Assembly: GCF_036846085.1 (NCBI RefSeq)
Contig: NZ_DAIUCO010000018.1
Coordinates: 12,584-36,583, forward strand
DNA from: Noviherbaspirillum sp.
GTDB taxonomy: Bacteria; Pseudomonadota; Gammaproteobacteria; Burkholderiales; Burkholderiaceae_D
Direction of reading: 5' to 3'
DNA: 24,000 nucleotides
In this document: positions 16,192-23,229 of the stretch, one piece after another
Layout of the letters: each line of letters begins with the position of its first letter
How positions within the stretch are numbered: the first letter of the stretch is position 1
Position numbers and translations under genes: made by a program
The notes under the pieces: generated by a model
What the model was told of the DNA's origin: nothing
Database searches by the model: none
Seen by the model: the letters and a program-made list of their open reading frames with translations, nothing else

Positions 16192-17442
16192 CTACTTGCA
16201 ATCGGCCATACCCTGCGTATCCGGCGACAGCGCCCAGTCGGCATGTTTTCCAGCAGCGTTGGTCGGCAACCGGTAACCGAAAGTGAACGCTTTCGGGCGC
16301 TCCGGCGTCGCCAGATGCGTCAGCGCCCAAGCCTCAAGCCGGATGCGCAGTCCGGCAAGGTCGGCATCGGGATGGCGAGGGACGATGAATGCCTTGAGCC
16401 GGTTGCCTTCATCGGCGCGCATCAGCCGCACCGACGCGTCGAACACGTCCGGATGCTGCATCAAGGCATGCCGTACTTTGGCCGGGAAGACATTGATGCC
16501 GCCAACCTGCACCGCATCGTCGATACGGCCAGTCGGGAGAAAAGCGCGTGCATCCTTCCACGCCAGCGTATCCCGGCATGCAATCACTTCCCGCCGCCCA
16601 TCGGCGTGACGGCGCTTCAGTGCGCCTGGCTGTCCGTCGATCCGCTCCCAATGGGAAAGGAGGCGGTATTGGTCCGTTGCCCGCACCCGCCAGCCCACGC
16701 CGGCGGTTTCCGAGCTGCCGTAGATTTGCACCAGGGTCTCCATGCCGGCATGGACAAGCGCGATGCTGACGTCATCCGGGCAGGGGGCGGTCGAGGTGAC
16801 GCCCATGACACCGGCGGGCATGGAAGGCAACAGCCGTACGGCCGCGCGCCAGAATTCCGGATGCCCGATCACGAGGTCGCCGTCCCGCAGTTCGCGTGCC
16901 AGCGCGGCAGGCGAACTGCCTCGCAAATCGATGACAGGTACGCAGGACAACCCGAGCATACGGGGCAGCAGGATGGTGAAGATGAATCCGTAGATGTGGT
17001 GGCTGGGGACGGCGGACAGGATGCGCCGGCGCGCCGGAAACAGCGCCGCCAGCTCCCGCGCCTCCTGCAGGAGTATGGCTGCAGGATGTGTGCACCGCTT
17101 GGGCGTGCCGGTGCTGCCCGATGTCGTGAAGGTGAGCCGCTCCGAAAAGCGCTGCAGTCCCGCGTGCGCCACCGCGATCCAGTCTTCCATCGTCGGTCGG
17201 GCCAGCAAGTAGTCTTCGATGCCGGATTCCTGCAAATGCAGGGCTTCCGCAAGCGCACTGGCAATCGCCAGGAGTTCGAGCGAGTCGACGCCGAGATCCC
17301 GGACGATGTGCGTGTCATTTCGCCATGGCCGCTGCGGAAGCGACGCGCCGGTCGGCCGCAGCAGCGCAACCTCGGCGGCGACGAGGTCGCTGATGAATCG
17401 CCGCAGGACTTCCTCGTCATCCCACCATGCCATGTCGGCCAT
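16192..17442 (-). CDS. pcl: 4-coumarate-CoA ligase-like adenylating enzyme of the PYP-activation type (pCL), with an N-terminal carrier-protein-like region
   Basis: 416 aa. The start lies 3 nt after the pyp stop. ANL motifs present: TFTTSGSTGTPKR, QIYGSSETAG, GRIDDAVQVGGINVFP and LPTNAAGKHADW. The N-terminal ~95 aa contain VRDLGVDSLELLAIASALAEAL. The function is assigned from its position next to pyp and from the known pyp-pcl linkage in other bacteria. Confidence 0.8.
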   Translation of the reverse strand: MADMAWWDDEEVLRRFISDLVAAEVALLRPTGASLPQRPWRNDTHIVRDLGVDSLELLAIASALAEALHLQESGIEDYLLARPTMEDWIAVAHAGLQRFSERLTFTTSGSTGTPKRCTHPAAILLQEARELAALFPARRRILSAVPSHHIYGFIFTILLPRMLGLSCVPVIDLRGSSPAALARELRDGDLVIGHPEFWRAAVRLLPSMPAGVMGVTSTAPCPDDVSIALVHAGMETLVQIYGSSETAGVGWRVRATDQYRLLSHWERIDGQPGALKRRHADGRREVIACRDTLAWKDARAFLPTGRIDDAVQVGGINVFPAKVRHALMQHPDVFDASVRLMRADEGNRLKAFIVPRHPDADLAGLRIRLEAWALTHLATPERPKAFTFGYRLPTNAAGKHADWALSPDTQGMADCK

Positions 17443-17445
17443 GAT

Positions 17446-17832
17446 TCAGATTCGCTTGACGAAAATCCAGTAGGAGCCGCCGCTCAGGGCTTTTTTCATG
17501 TGCACCTTCACCTTGGTCGGTTTCATCTCGTGATCGAACAGGTACTCGAACATGGTATTGAGATTGTCCGCTTTCACGCCGGCGTCGAATACGCCCTTGA
17601 AGCGGGTGGTTGCCGTGCAGGGCGCCACGTCACGGAAAAAATTCTTGCCGATCACCGATGCCGGATCGCGTCCGGTGATTGCACCTTCCGCAGCGTTGTA
17701 CTTTAGGACGGTGCCGTTCCTGTCGAGTTCAATCGCGCCGAAGGCAAGCTTGTCGATCTCTTTTCCCGACATTCGGTTCATGACGTTCTCGATATCGGTT
17801 TTGCCGAAACCGATCAGCTCAAGTTCTTTCAT
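17446..17832 (-). CDS. pyp: Photoactive yellow protein (PAS-fold blue-light photoreceptor, p-coumaric acid chromophore)
   Basis: 128 aa. [50 protein letters not shown] and [39 protein letters not shown] align gap-free with H. halophila PYP as I remember it. Equivalents of Tyr42, Glu46, Thr50, Arg52 and Cys69 are all present (Y45, E49, T53, R55, C72). GAGGA lies 7 nt upstream of the ATG. Confidence 0.95.
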   Translation of the reverse strand: MKELELIGFGKTDIENVMNRMSGKEIDKLAFGAIELDRNGTVLKYNAAEGAITGRDPASVIGKNFFRDVAPCTATTRFKGVFDAGVKADNLNTMFEYLFDHEMKPTKVKVHMKKALSGGSYWIFVKRI

Positions 17833-17857
17833 ACTGGATCCTCAAGGATTGAATGTT

Positions 17858-17867
17858 TATGGATAGG
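17858..17867. repeat. Left copy of a 10-nt inverted repeat (TATGGATAGG) in the pyp 5' leader
   Basis: Exact reverse complement of 18123-18132. It lies 25 nt upstream of the pyp start codon. The repeat is seen directly; its function is unknown. Confidence 0.5.
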
Positions 17868-18122
17868 CTCTGAATGAAATATTTCCCTGCGGTAACATCA
17901 CCCATTCTGGCAGCTTGATTTCCTTGAGTCAAGTTTGTATTAGACAAAATGAGCTTTTTGTACCTCGGTTGTCCATAATTCCCAACCAGTCATTCACGAT
18001 TAAAATGCTTATCTTCATTGAGGTTTATCGAGAAGAAGCTGTTTGAAACGTTATTTTCGATATCATCGGCAAAAATAGTGTATTTCTGATTTGGCCTATA
18101 CAAAGGCGCTTTGCATGCGGTT

Positions 18123-18132
18123 CCTATCCATA
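18123..18132. repeat. Right copy of the 10-nt inverted repeat (CCTATCCATA) abutting the TAXI gene ribosome-binding site
   Basis: Exact reverse complement of 17858-17867. AGGGGGAG and ATG 18140/18146 follow immediately. Confidence 0.5.
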
Positions 18133-18139
18133 GGGGGAG

Positions 18140-19108
18140 ATGTTCATGATCTGTTTTTCGCGTTTCAAAATTCATGCAGCCTGGCTTCTTGCCGGCCTGA
18201 TGCTCTGCATGCCAGCCGCAGCAAGCGACCCGATGCCAGTCGTGATGGGAACCGCCACGCCCGGAGGCGGCTTTCCTGTTTTCGGCGATGCGGTCCTGCG
18301 CACAGTTGCCAGGACCGATCCCACGCTGCAGATCGACGCGAGGAACACCAGGGGCAGCACCGAAAACATTCCCCTGCTCGAAGCCGGCAAGCTCGATATC
18401 GCGCTGGTGCAGGGTGAAGCCGCCTATGAGGCGCTGCAGGGCGTGGGGCGCCCGCCGTCAAATGTGAAAATCATCGCGGCCATGTACTCCACGCCCGGTA
18501 TGTTCGTCGTGCGCGGCGACAGTCCCTATCGCAGCATCGACGACCTGCGCGGCAAGCCGGTGGCCTTCGGCGCCAAGGGCTCCGGCCTCGTGATCCTCGC
18601 CCGCTATGTGCTGAATGGCCTCGGACTGGACATGGACAAGGATTTCCAGGCGGTGTACCTGGAGCGTGCGGGCGACGGCCCGGCGATGGTGGCGGATGGT
18701 CGCGTGGCGGCGCTGTGGGGTGGCGGCAGCAGCTGGCCGGGATTCGTCGCCGTCACCGATGCACCATCGGGCGGGCGCTTCATCGCGCCGACCGAAGCGG
18801 AGATCGCAAAAATCCGTGAGCGCCATGGTTTCCTGAAGCAACTCACCCTGCCAGCCAACAGTTTCAGAGGCCAGACGGTGCCGCTGTCGTCGGTCGGCTC
18901 ATGGAGCTTCATCATGGCGCGCCAGAACCTGCCGGACGAGACCGCATACCGACTGACGCGGGCACTGCATAAGGGCGAAGACATCATTGCCGGACTGCTG
19001 CCGCAGGCGAAGGAAACCAGGGCCGCGAATACTGCATCGGCGGCGCCGGAGGAACGCATGCTGCATCCCGGGACGCTCAAGTACCTGCGCGAAATCAAGT
19101 TGAAATAA
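18140..19108 (+). CDS. TAXI family TRAP-transporter solute receptor (orphan; no membrane subunit adjacent)
   Basis: 322 aa with signal peptide ...LLAGLMLCMPAAA. MGTATPGGGFPVFGDAV...NTRGSTENIPLLEAGKLDIALVQGEAAYEA...DDLRGKPVAFGAKGSGL...LHPGTLKYLREI follows the TAXI family pattern. The start may be ATG 18146, which has better spacing from the GGGGGAG Shine-Dalgarno. Confidence 0.85.
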   Translation: MFMICFSRFKIHAAWLLAGLMLCMPAAASDPMPVVMGTATPGGGFPVFGDAVLRTVARTDPTLQIDARNTRGSTENIPLLEAGKLDIALVQGEAAYEALQGVGRPPSNVKIIAAMYSTPGMFVVRGDSPYRSIDDLRGKPVAFGAKGSGLVILARYVLNGLGLDMDKDFQAVYLERAGDGPAMVADGRVAALWGGGSSWPGFVAVTDAPSGGRFIAPTEAEIAKIRERHGFLKQLTLPANSFRGQTVPLSSVGSWSFIMARQNLPDETAYRLTRALHKGEDIIAGLLPQAKETRAANTASAAPEERMLHPGTLKYLREIKLK

Positions 19109-19195
19109 GCACGGAAAAATCGGAAGCCGTAATATATCCGGGCGTCCAACGCACCACCCCGCCCGAACCATAACCACAATCTGGAGTTGAGAGAC

Positions 19196-19699
19196 ATGGC
19201 GAAACTGAACGTGAACGGAACATTGCGTGAATTTGAGGCGGAGGGTGATACGCCGCTGCTTTGGGTGCTGCGAGAGCAGCTCGGCCTGACGGGAACGAAG
19301 TACGGCTGCGGCGTAGCGATGTGCGGCGCCTGCACCGTGCATATCGACGGCGAACCGACCCGCAGCTGCGTGCGTCCGGTCTCGTCGGTCAATGCGGAGC
19401 AGAAGATCGTGACGATCGAGGGCCTGTCCAAGGACGGCTCGCATCCGGTGCAGAAGGCCTGGGTGGCGCTCGATGTGCCGCAATGCGGGTTTTGCCAGAG
19501 CGGGATGATCATGGCGGCCGCCGCGCTGCTCAAGCAGAAACCGAATCCCACCGACGCCGACATCAACGAATCCATCACCAATATCTGCCGCTGCGGCACC
19601 TACAACCGGGTGCGCGCCGCGATCAAGGTCGTTGCCAAGGGCGGGGATGCGCGCAGCGCCGGCCTGTCGATCAAGCATGTTGACGGGAGCACGACATGA
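19196..19699 (+). CDS. [2Fe-2S]-binding small subunit of an IorAB / aldehyde oxidase-type molybdenum hydroxylase
   Basis: The ORF track starts at TTG 19187. ATG 19196 (MAKLNVNG...) has GGAG 9 nt upstream. Two cluster motifs are present: [22 protein letters not shown] and [10 protein letters not shown]...CRCGTY. The stop overlaps the next start (ATGA at 19696-19699). Confidence 0.9.
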   Translation: MAKLNVNGTLREFEAEGDTPLLWVLREQLGLTGTKYGCGVAMCGACTVHIDGEPTRSCVRPVSSVNAEQKIVTIEGLSKDGSHPVQKAWVALDVPQCGFCQSGMIMAAAALLKQKPNPTDADINESITNICRCGTYNRVRAAIKVVAKGGDARSAGLSIKHVDGSTT

Positions 19700-21897
19700 G
19701 CCGCGCCGTCTCCGATACCGCCGTGGCGAGCCCGTCGCGGCGCCGCTTTCTCGGTACCTCGGCTGCCGCGTTCGGCGGACTGATGGTCGGCTTTCACGTA
19801 CCGTTGACCGCCGCCGCGCAGAATGCGGCGGCCGGCGCGGTGCCGGAGGTTAATGCCTGGGTAGTGGTGAAGCCGGACGACACCGTGGTCATCCGCATTG
19901 CCCGCTCCGAGATGGGACAGGGGTCGCTGACCGGGCTGGCCCAGCTCGTCGCGGAAGAGCTGGACTGCGATTGGGCGAAAGTCACCACCGAATATCCGAC
20001 GCCCGGACAGAACCTTGCGCGTAACCGTGCCTGGGGCAATTTTTCGACCGGCGGCAGCCGCGGCATACGCGAGTCGCATGACTACGTGCGCAAGGGCGGC
20101 GCGGCGGCCCGCATGATGCTCGTGCAGGCGGCCGCGGACGAATGGAAGGTGCCGGCCGCCGAATGCCGCGCCGCCAACAGTGTCATCACCCATGGCCCGT
20201 CGAACCGCACCACTACCTATGGCAAGGTTGCCGCTGCCGCTGCGAAGCTGACGCCCCCGACGGATGTGGTGTTGAAAGACCCGAAAGAGTGGAAGGTCGC
20301 CGGCAAGCGCCTGGCACGCCTCGATACGGTGGAAAAGACCACCGGTGCGCAGATCTACGGCATGGACCTCACAATGCCCGGGATGCTGAACGCGGCGATC
20401 AAGGATTGCCCGGTATTCGGCGGCAGGGTAAAAAGCTTCAAGGCCGCCGAAATCCAAGGCCGCCCCGGCGTAAAGAAAGTGGTGCAGGTCGGCGACAGCG
20501 CCGTCGCCGTGGTGGCGGATACATGGTGGCACGCCAAGACGGCGCTGGACGCACTGACGATCGAATGGGACAACGGGCCGAACGCCAAGGTATCGAGCGC
20601 CGGCATCGCCGAGACGCTGAAGGCGGGACTTGACGCGAACGACGCGGCGGTCGGCAACCAGAACGGCGACGTGCGCGCCGCGCTGAATTCCGCGGCGCGC
20701 AAGATCGAAGCGGTTTATTCCTACCCATACCAGAACCACGCGACGATGGAGACCATGAACGCCACGGCGAAATGGACACCGGAGCGCTGCGAAGTCTGGA
20801 CGCCGACGCAGAACGGCGAAGCGGCATTGGCCGCCGCGGCCGAGGCGGCGGAACTGCCGCCGTCGAAATGCGAGGTGTACAAGATTCACCTCGGCGGCGG
20901 CTTTGGCCGGCGCGGCGCGGTACACGACTGGGTGCGGCAGGCGGTGGCGATCGCGAAGGAAATGCCCGGCACGCCCATCAAGCTGATCTGGTCGCGCGAA
21001 GAGGACATGCTGCATGGCCGCTACCATCCGGTCACGCAATGCAAGCTGACGGCCGGTCTCGATGCGCAGGGCAATATCACCGGACTCCATATGCGCATTT
21101 CCGGTCAGTCCATCCTCGCAGGGGTGTTCCCCCAGAACATCAAGGACGGCAAGGATCCGGTCGTGTTCCAGGGCCTGAATCCGCCCGGCCCGGAAGCATC
21201 GATCGGTTACAGTTTCCCGAACCTCCTGATCGACCACGCGATGCGCAATCCGCCGGTGCCGCCCGGCTTCTGGCGCGGCGTGAACCTGAACCAGAACACC
21301 ATCTATCTCGAATGCTTTCTCGACGAGATCGCTCATGCGACGAAGCAGGATCCGCTGGCCCTGCGCCGCAAGCTGATGGCCAATCATCCGAAGCATCTCG
21401 CGGTACTGAACGCGGCCGCCGATCGCGCCGGCTGGGACAAGCCGCCGCCGAAGGGCGTGTTCCGCGGACTGGCGCAGACGATGGGCTTCGGCAGCTATGT
21501 GGCGGCGGTGGCGGAAGTATCGGTCAGCGACGAGGGTGGCCTGAAAATCCATCGCATCGTGGCGGCCACCGACCCGGGCCATGCATTGAACCCGCAGCAG
21601 ATCGAAGCCCAGGTGGAAGGGTCGTTCGTGTACGGCCTGTCGGCGGCGCTGTATGGCGAATGCACGGTCAAGGACGGCCGCATGGAGCAGGACAACTTCA
21701 CCAGCTACCAGGTGATGCGGATGGATGAAATGCCGCCGGTGGAAACCGTGCTCGTTCCTTCGGGCGGATTCTGGGGCGGGGTGGGCGAGCCGACCATCGC
21801 GGTGGCGGCGCCGGCGGTGCTCAATGCCATCTTCGCCGCCACCGGCAAGCGCATCCGCGACTTGCCGTTAAAAAACCATAGCCTGAAGAAAGCGTAG
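19696..21897 (+). CDS. Molybdopterin-binding large subunit of an IorAB / xanthine dehydrogenase-family oxidoreductase, TAT-exported
   Basis: 733 aa. Twin-arginine signal [22 protein letters not shown]. Its length and sequence blocks ([47 protein letters not shown]) fit the CoxL/IorB family. GGGAG lies 6 nt upstream of the ATG. Confidence 0.9.
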   Translation: MSRAVSDTAVASPSRRRFLGTSAAAFGGLMVGFHVPLTAAAQNAAAGAVPEVNAWVVVKPDDTVVIRIARSEMGQGSLTGLAQLVAEELDCDWAKVTTEYPTPGQNLARNRAWGNFSTGGSRGIRESHDYVRKGGAAARMMLVQAAADEWKVPAAECRAANSVITHGPSNRTTTYGKVAAAAAKLTPPTDVVLKDPKEWKVAGKRLARLDTVEKTTGAQIYGMDLTMPGMLNAAIKDCPVFGGRVKSFKAAEIQGRPGVKKVVQVGDSAVAVVADTWWHAKTALDALTIEWDNGPNAKVSSAGIAETLKAGLDANDAAVGNQNGDVRAALNSAARKIEAVYSYPYQNHATMETMNATAKWTPERCEVWTPTQNGEAALAAAAEAAELPPSKCEVYKIHLGGGFGRRGAVHDWVRQAVAIAKEMPGTPIKLIWSREEDMLHGRYHPVTQCKLTAGLDAQGNITGLHMRISGQSILAGVFPQNIKDGKDPVVFQGLNPPGPEASIGYSFPNLLIDHAMRNPPVPPGFWRGVNLNQNTIYLECFLDEIAHATKQDPLALRRKLMANHPKHLAVLNAAADRAGWDKPPPKGVFRGLAQTMGFGSYVAAVAEVSVSDEGGLKIHRIVAATDPGHALNPQQIEAQVEGSFVYGLSAALYGECTVKDGRMEQDNFTSYQVMRMDEMPPVETVLVPSGGFWGGVGEPTIAVAAPAVLNAIFAATGKRIRDLPLKNHSLKKA

Positions 21898-21952
21898 GGC
21901 ATGAGCATGCGGAGGCGCGAATGCGTCTCCGCGATACCGCCGGACACAAGCC

Positions 21953-22417
21953 ATGTGGTTATTCGTCACCGCGCTTTTACTCGCATCAAGCGGCACCGCA
22001 TGGGCTGCCGGCGAGACGGCCTTGCCTTACCGCATCGTCGGCGATGCGATACCCGATTCCCTGACCGGCGCGCCCGGTGACGCGGCAAGGGGCCGTGCGA
22101 TCGTTGCGAACCGGCAGGTCGGCCTGTGCCTGTTGTGCCATGCCGGGCCGCTGCCGGAAGAACGCTTCCAAGGCAATCTCGCACCCGACCTCGCCGGGAC
22201 GGGCGCGCGCTGGAGCGAAGGGCAATTGCGCCTGCGCATCGTCGATGCCGGCCGCGTCAATCCGGCGACCATCATGCCGCCGTATTACCGTACCGATGGC
22301 TTGGTCCGGGTCAATCCCGCGGTGCAGGGAAAGCCCATACTGGATGCAAGGCAGATCGAAGATGTCGTTGCCTACCTGCGCACATTGCGCGAGCCGCCAC
22401 AACAGAAAGCTGAGTGA
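21953..22417 (+). CDS. soxX: SoxX-like monoheme c-type cytochrome
   Basis: 154 aa. Signal peptide MWLFVTALLLASSGTAWA. A single CLLCH heme motif. APDLAGTG...LRLRIVDAGRVNPATIMPPYY...LDARQIEDVVAYLRTL follows the SoxX pattern. The stop overlaps the next gene's start (TGATG). Confidence 0.8.
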   Translation: MWLFVTALLLASSGTAWAAGETALPYRIVGDAIPDSLTGAPGDAARGRAIVANRQVGLCLLCHAGPLPEERFQGNLAPDLAGTGARWSEGQLRLRIVDAGRVNPATIMPPYYRTDGLVRVNPAVQGKPILDARQIEDVVAYLRTLREPPQQKAE

Positions 22418-22899
22418 TGTCCGATCCACATGAATTTTCTTCCGGAACCGACCGCAAGCGCCGCAGGCTGCTGGCGGCAGGGGCCGGCCTCGGGGCCTGG
22501 CTGATCGTCCGGCCCGCAAGCGCGACGCCGGATGAGATGGCCGCCGCCATCAGGTCCTATACCGGCGGTGCGAAAGTGAATGCCGGCAAGGTGAAGCTCG
22601 ACGTGGCGGCGCTGGTCGATAACGGCAACGCCGTACCGGTCACGGTTGCCGTCGACAGTCCCATGACCGCCGCCGACCATGTCGCCGCCATCGCGATCTT
22701 CAACGAGCGCAATCCGCAGACCGATGTCGCCCGCTTTACCCTCGGGCCGCGCGCCGGCAAGGCGAGCGTATCCACCCGCATGCGGCTGGCGACGTCGCAG
22801 AAGCTGACGGCGGTGGCGAAACTGAGCGACGGCAGTTACTGGTCCCACACCATCGACGTGGTGGTGACCCTGGCTGCCTGCATCGAAGGCGAGACCTGA
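22417..22899 (+). CDS. SoxY-related sulfur-carrier-like protein with a non-canonical C-terminal arm (...VVVTLAACIEGET)
   Basis: ORF track 22414 (GTG); the ATG is at 22417. TAT-type signal DRKRRRLLAAGAGLGAWLIVRPASA. The body (KVKLDVAALVDNGNAVPVTVAVDSPMTAADHVAAIAIFNERNP...AVAKLSDGSYWSHTIDVVVT) follows SoxY. The canonical C-terminal GGCGG is replaced by AACIEGET. I recall an NCBI family name 'SoxY-related AACIE arm protein' but cannot verify it here. Confidence 0.85.
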   Translation: MSDPHEFSSGTDRKRRRLLAAGAGLGAWLIVRPASATPDEMAAAIRSYTGGAKVNAGKVKLDVAALVDNGNAVPVTVAVDSPMTAADHVAAIAIFNERNPQTDVARFTLGPRAGKASVSTRMRLATSQKLTAVAKLSDGSYWSHTIDVVVTLAACIEGET

Positions 22900-22900
22900 C

Positions 22901-23224
22901 ATGGCACGCACACTCATCAAAGTACCGGCCACCGCGAAGCGTGGCGAGGTGATTGAAATCCGCACGCTCATCGCCCATCCGATGGAAACCGGCTACCGCC
23001 CCGGCGCCGACGGCCAGGTCGTGCCGCGCGACATCCTGCGGCGCTTCACCTGCCGTTACAACGGCGAGGTGGTGTTCAGCGCCGAATTGTTCCCGGCCAT
23101 CGCTGCCAATCCCAGCATCAACTTCCATACCGTCGCCACCGACAGCGGCACGCTGGCGTTCACCTGGGAGGGCGACAAGGGATTCACGCAGACGGCGTCG
23201 GTGGCGATCACCGTCACCGGCTAG
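22901..23224 (+). CDS. soxZ: SoxZ-like thiosulfate-oxidation carrier complex subunit
   Basis: 107 aa. KVPATAKRGEVIEIRTLIAHPMETGYR...RFTCRYNGEVVFSAELFPAIAANP is the SoxZ pattern. It starts 1 nt after the SoxY-like stop. Confidence 0.9.
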   Translation: MARTLIKVPATAKRGEVIEIRTLIAHPMETGYRPGADGQVVPRDILRRFTCRYNGEVVFSAELFPAIAANPSINFHTVATDSGTLAFTWEGDKGFTQTASVAITVTG

Positions 23225-23229
23225 GCGCG

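Noticed and set aside
16177-17706. 509-aa ORF on the plus strand
   Set aside because: Antisense to pcl and the 3' part of pyp, both of which have strong family signatures. The composition is typical of a shadow frame.
17908-17925. Sigma-54-like sequence TGGCAG-N5-TTTCC on the plus strand
   Set aside because: The -12 element lacks the conserved GC (TTGC), and the site is >200 nt from the TAXI start. No enhancer-binding protein gene is nearby.
17990-18175. 61-aa minus-strand ORF inside the AT-rich pyp/TAXI intergenic region
   Set aside because: It overlaps the TAXI start. It is an AT-rich, low-complexity translation with no RBS, most likely a chance ORF in AT-rich DNA.
19600-21582. 660-aa ORF on the minus strand
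   Set aside because: Antisense shadow of the Mo-hydroxylase large subunit gene. The sequence is Arg/Ala/Gly-rich with no recognisable motifs.
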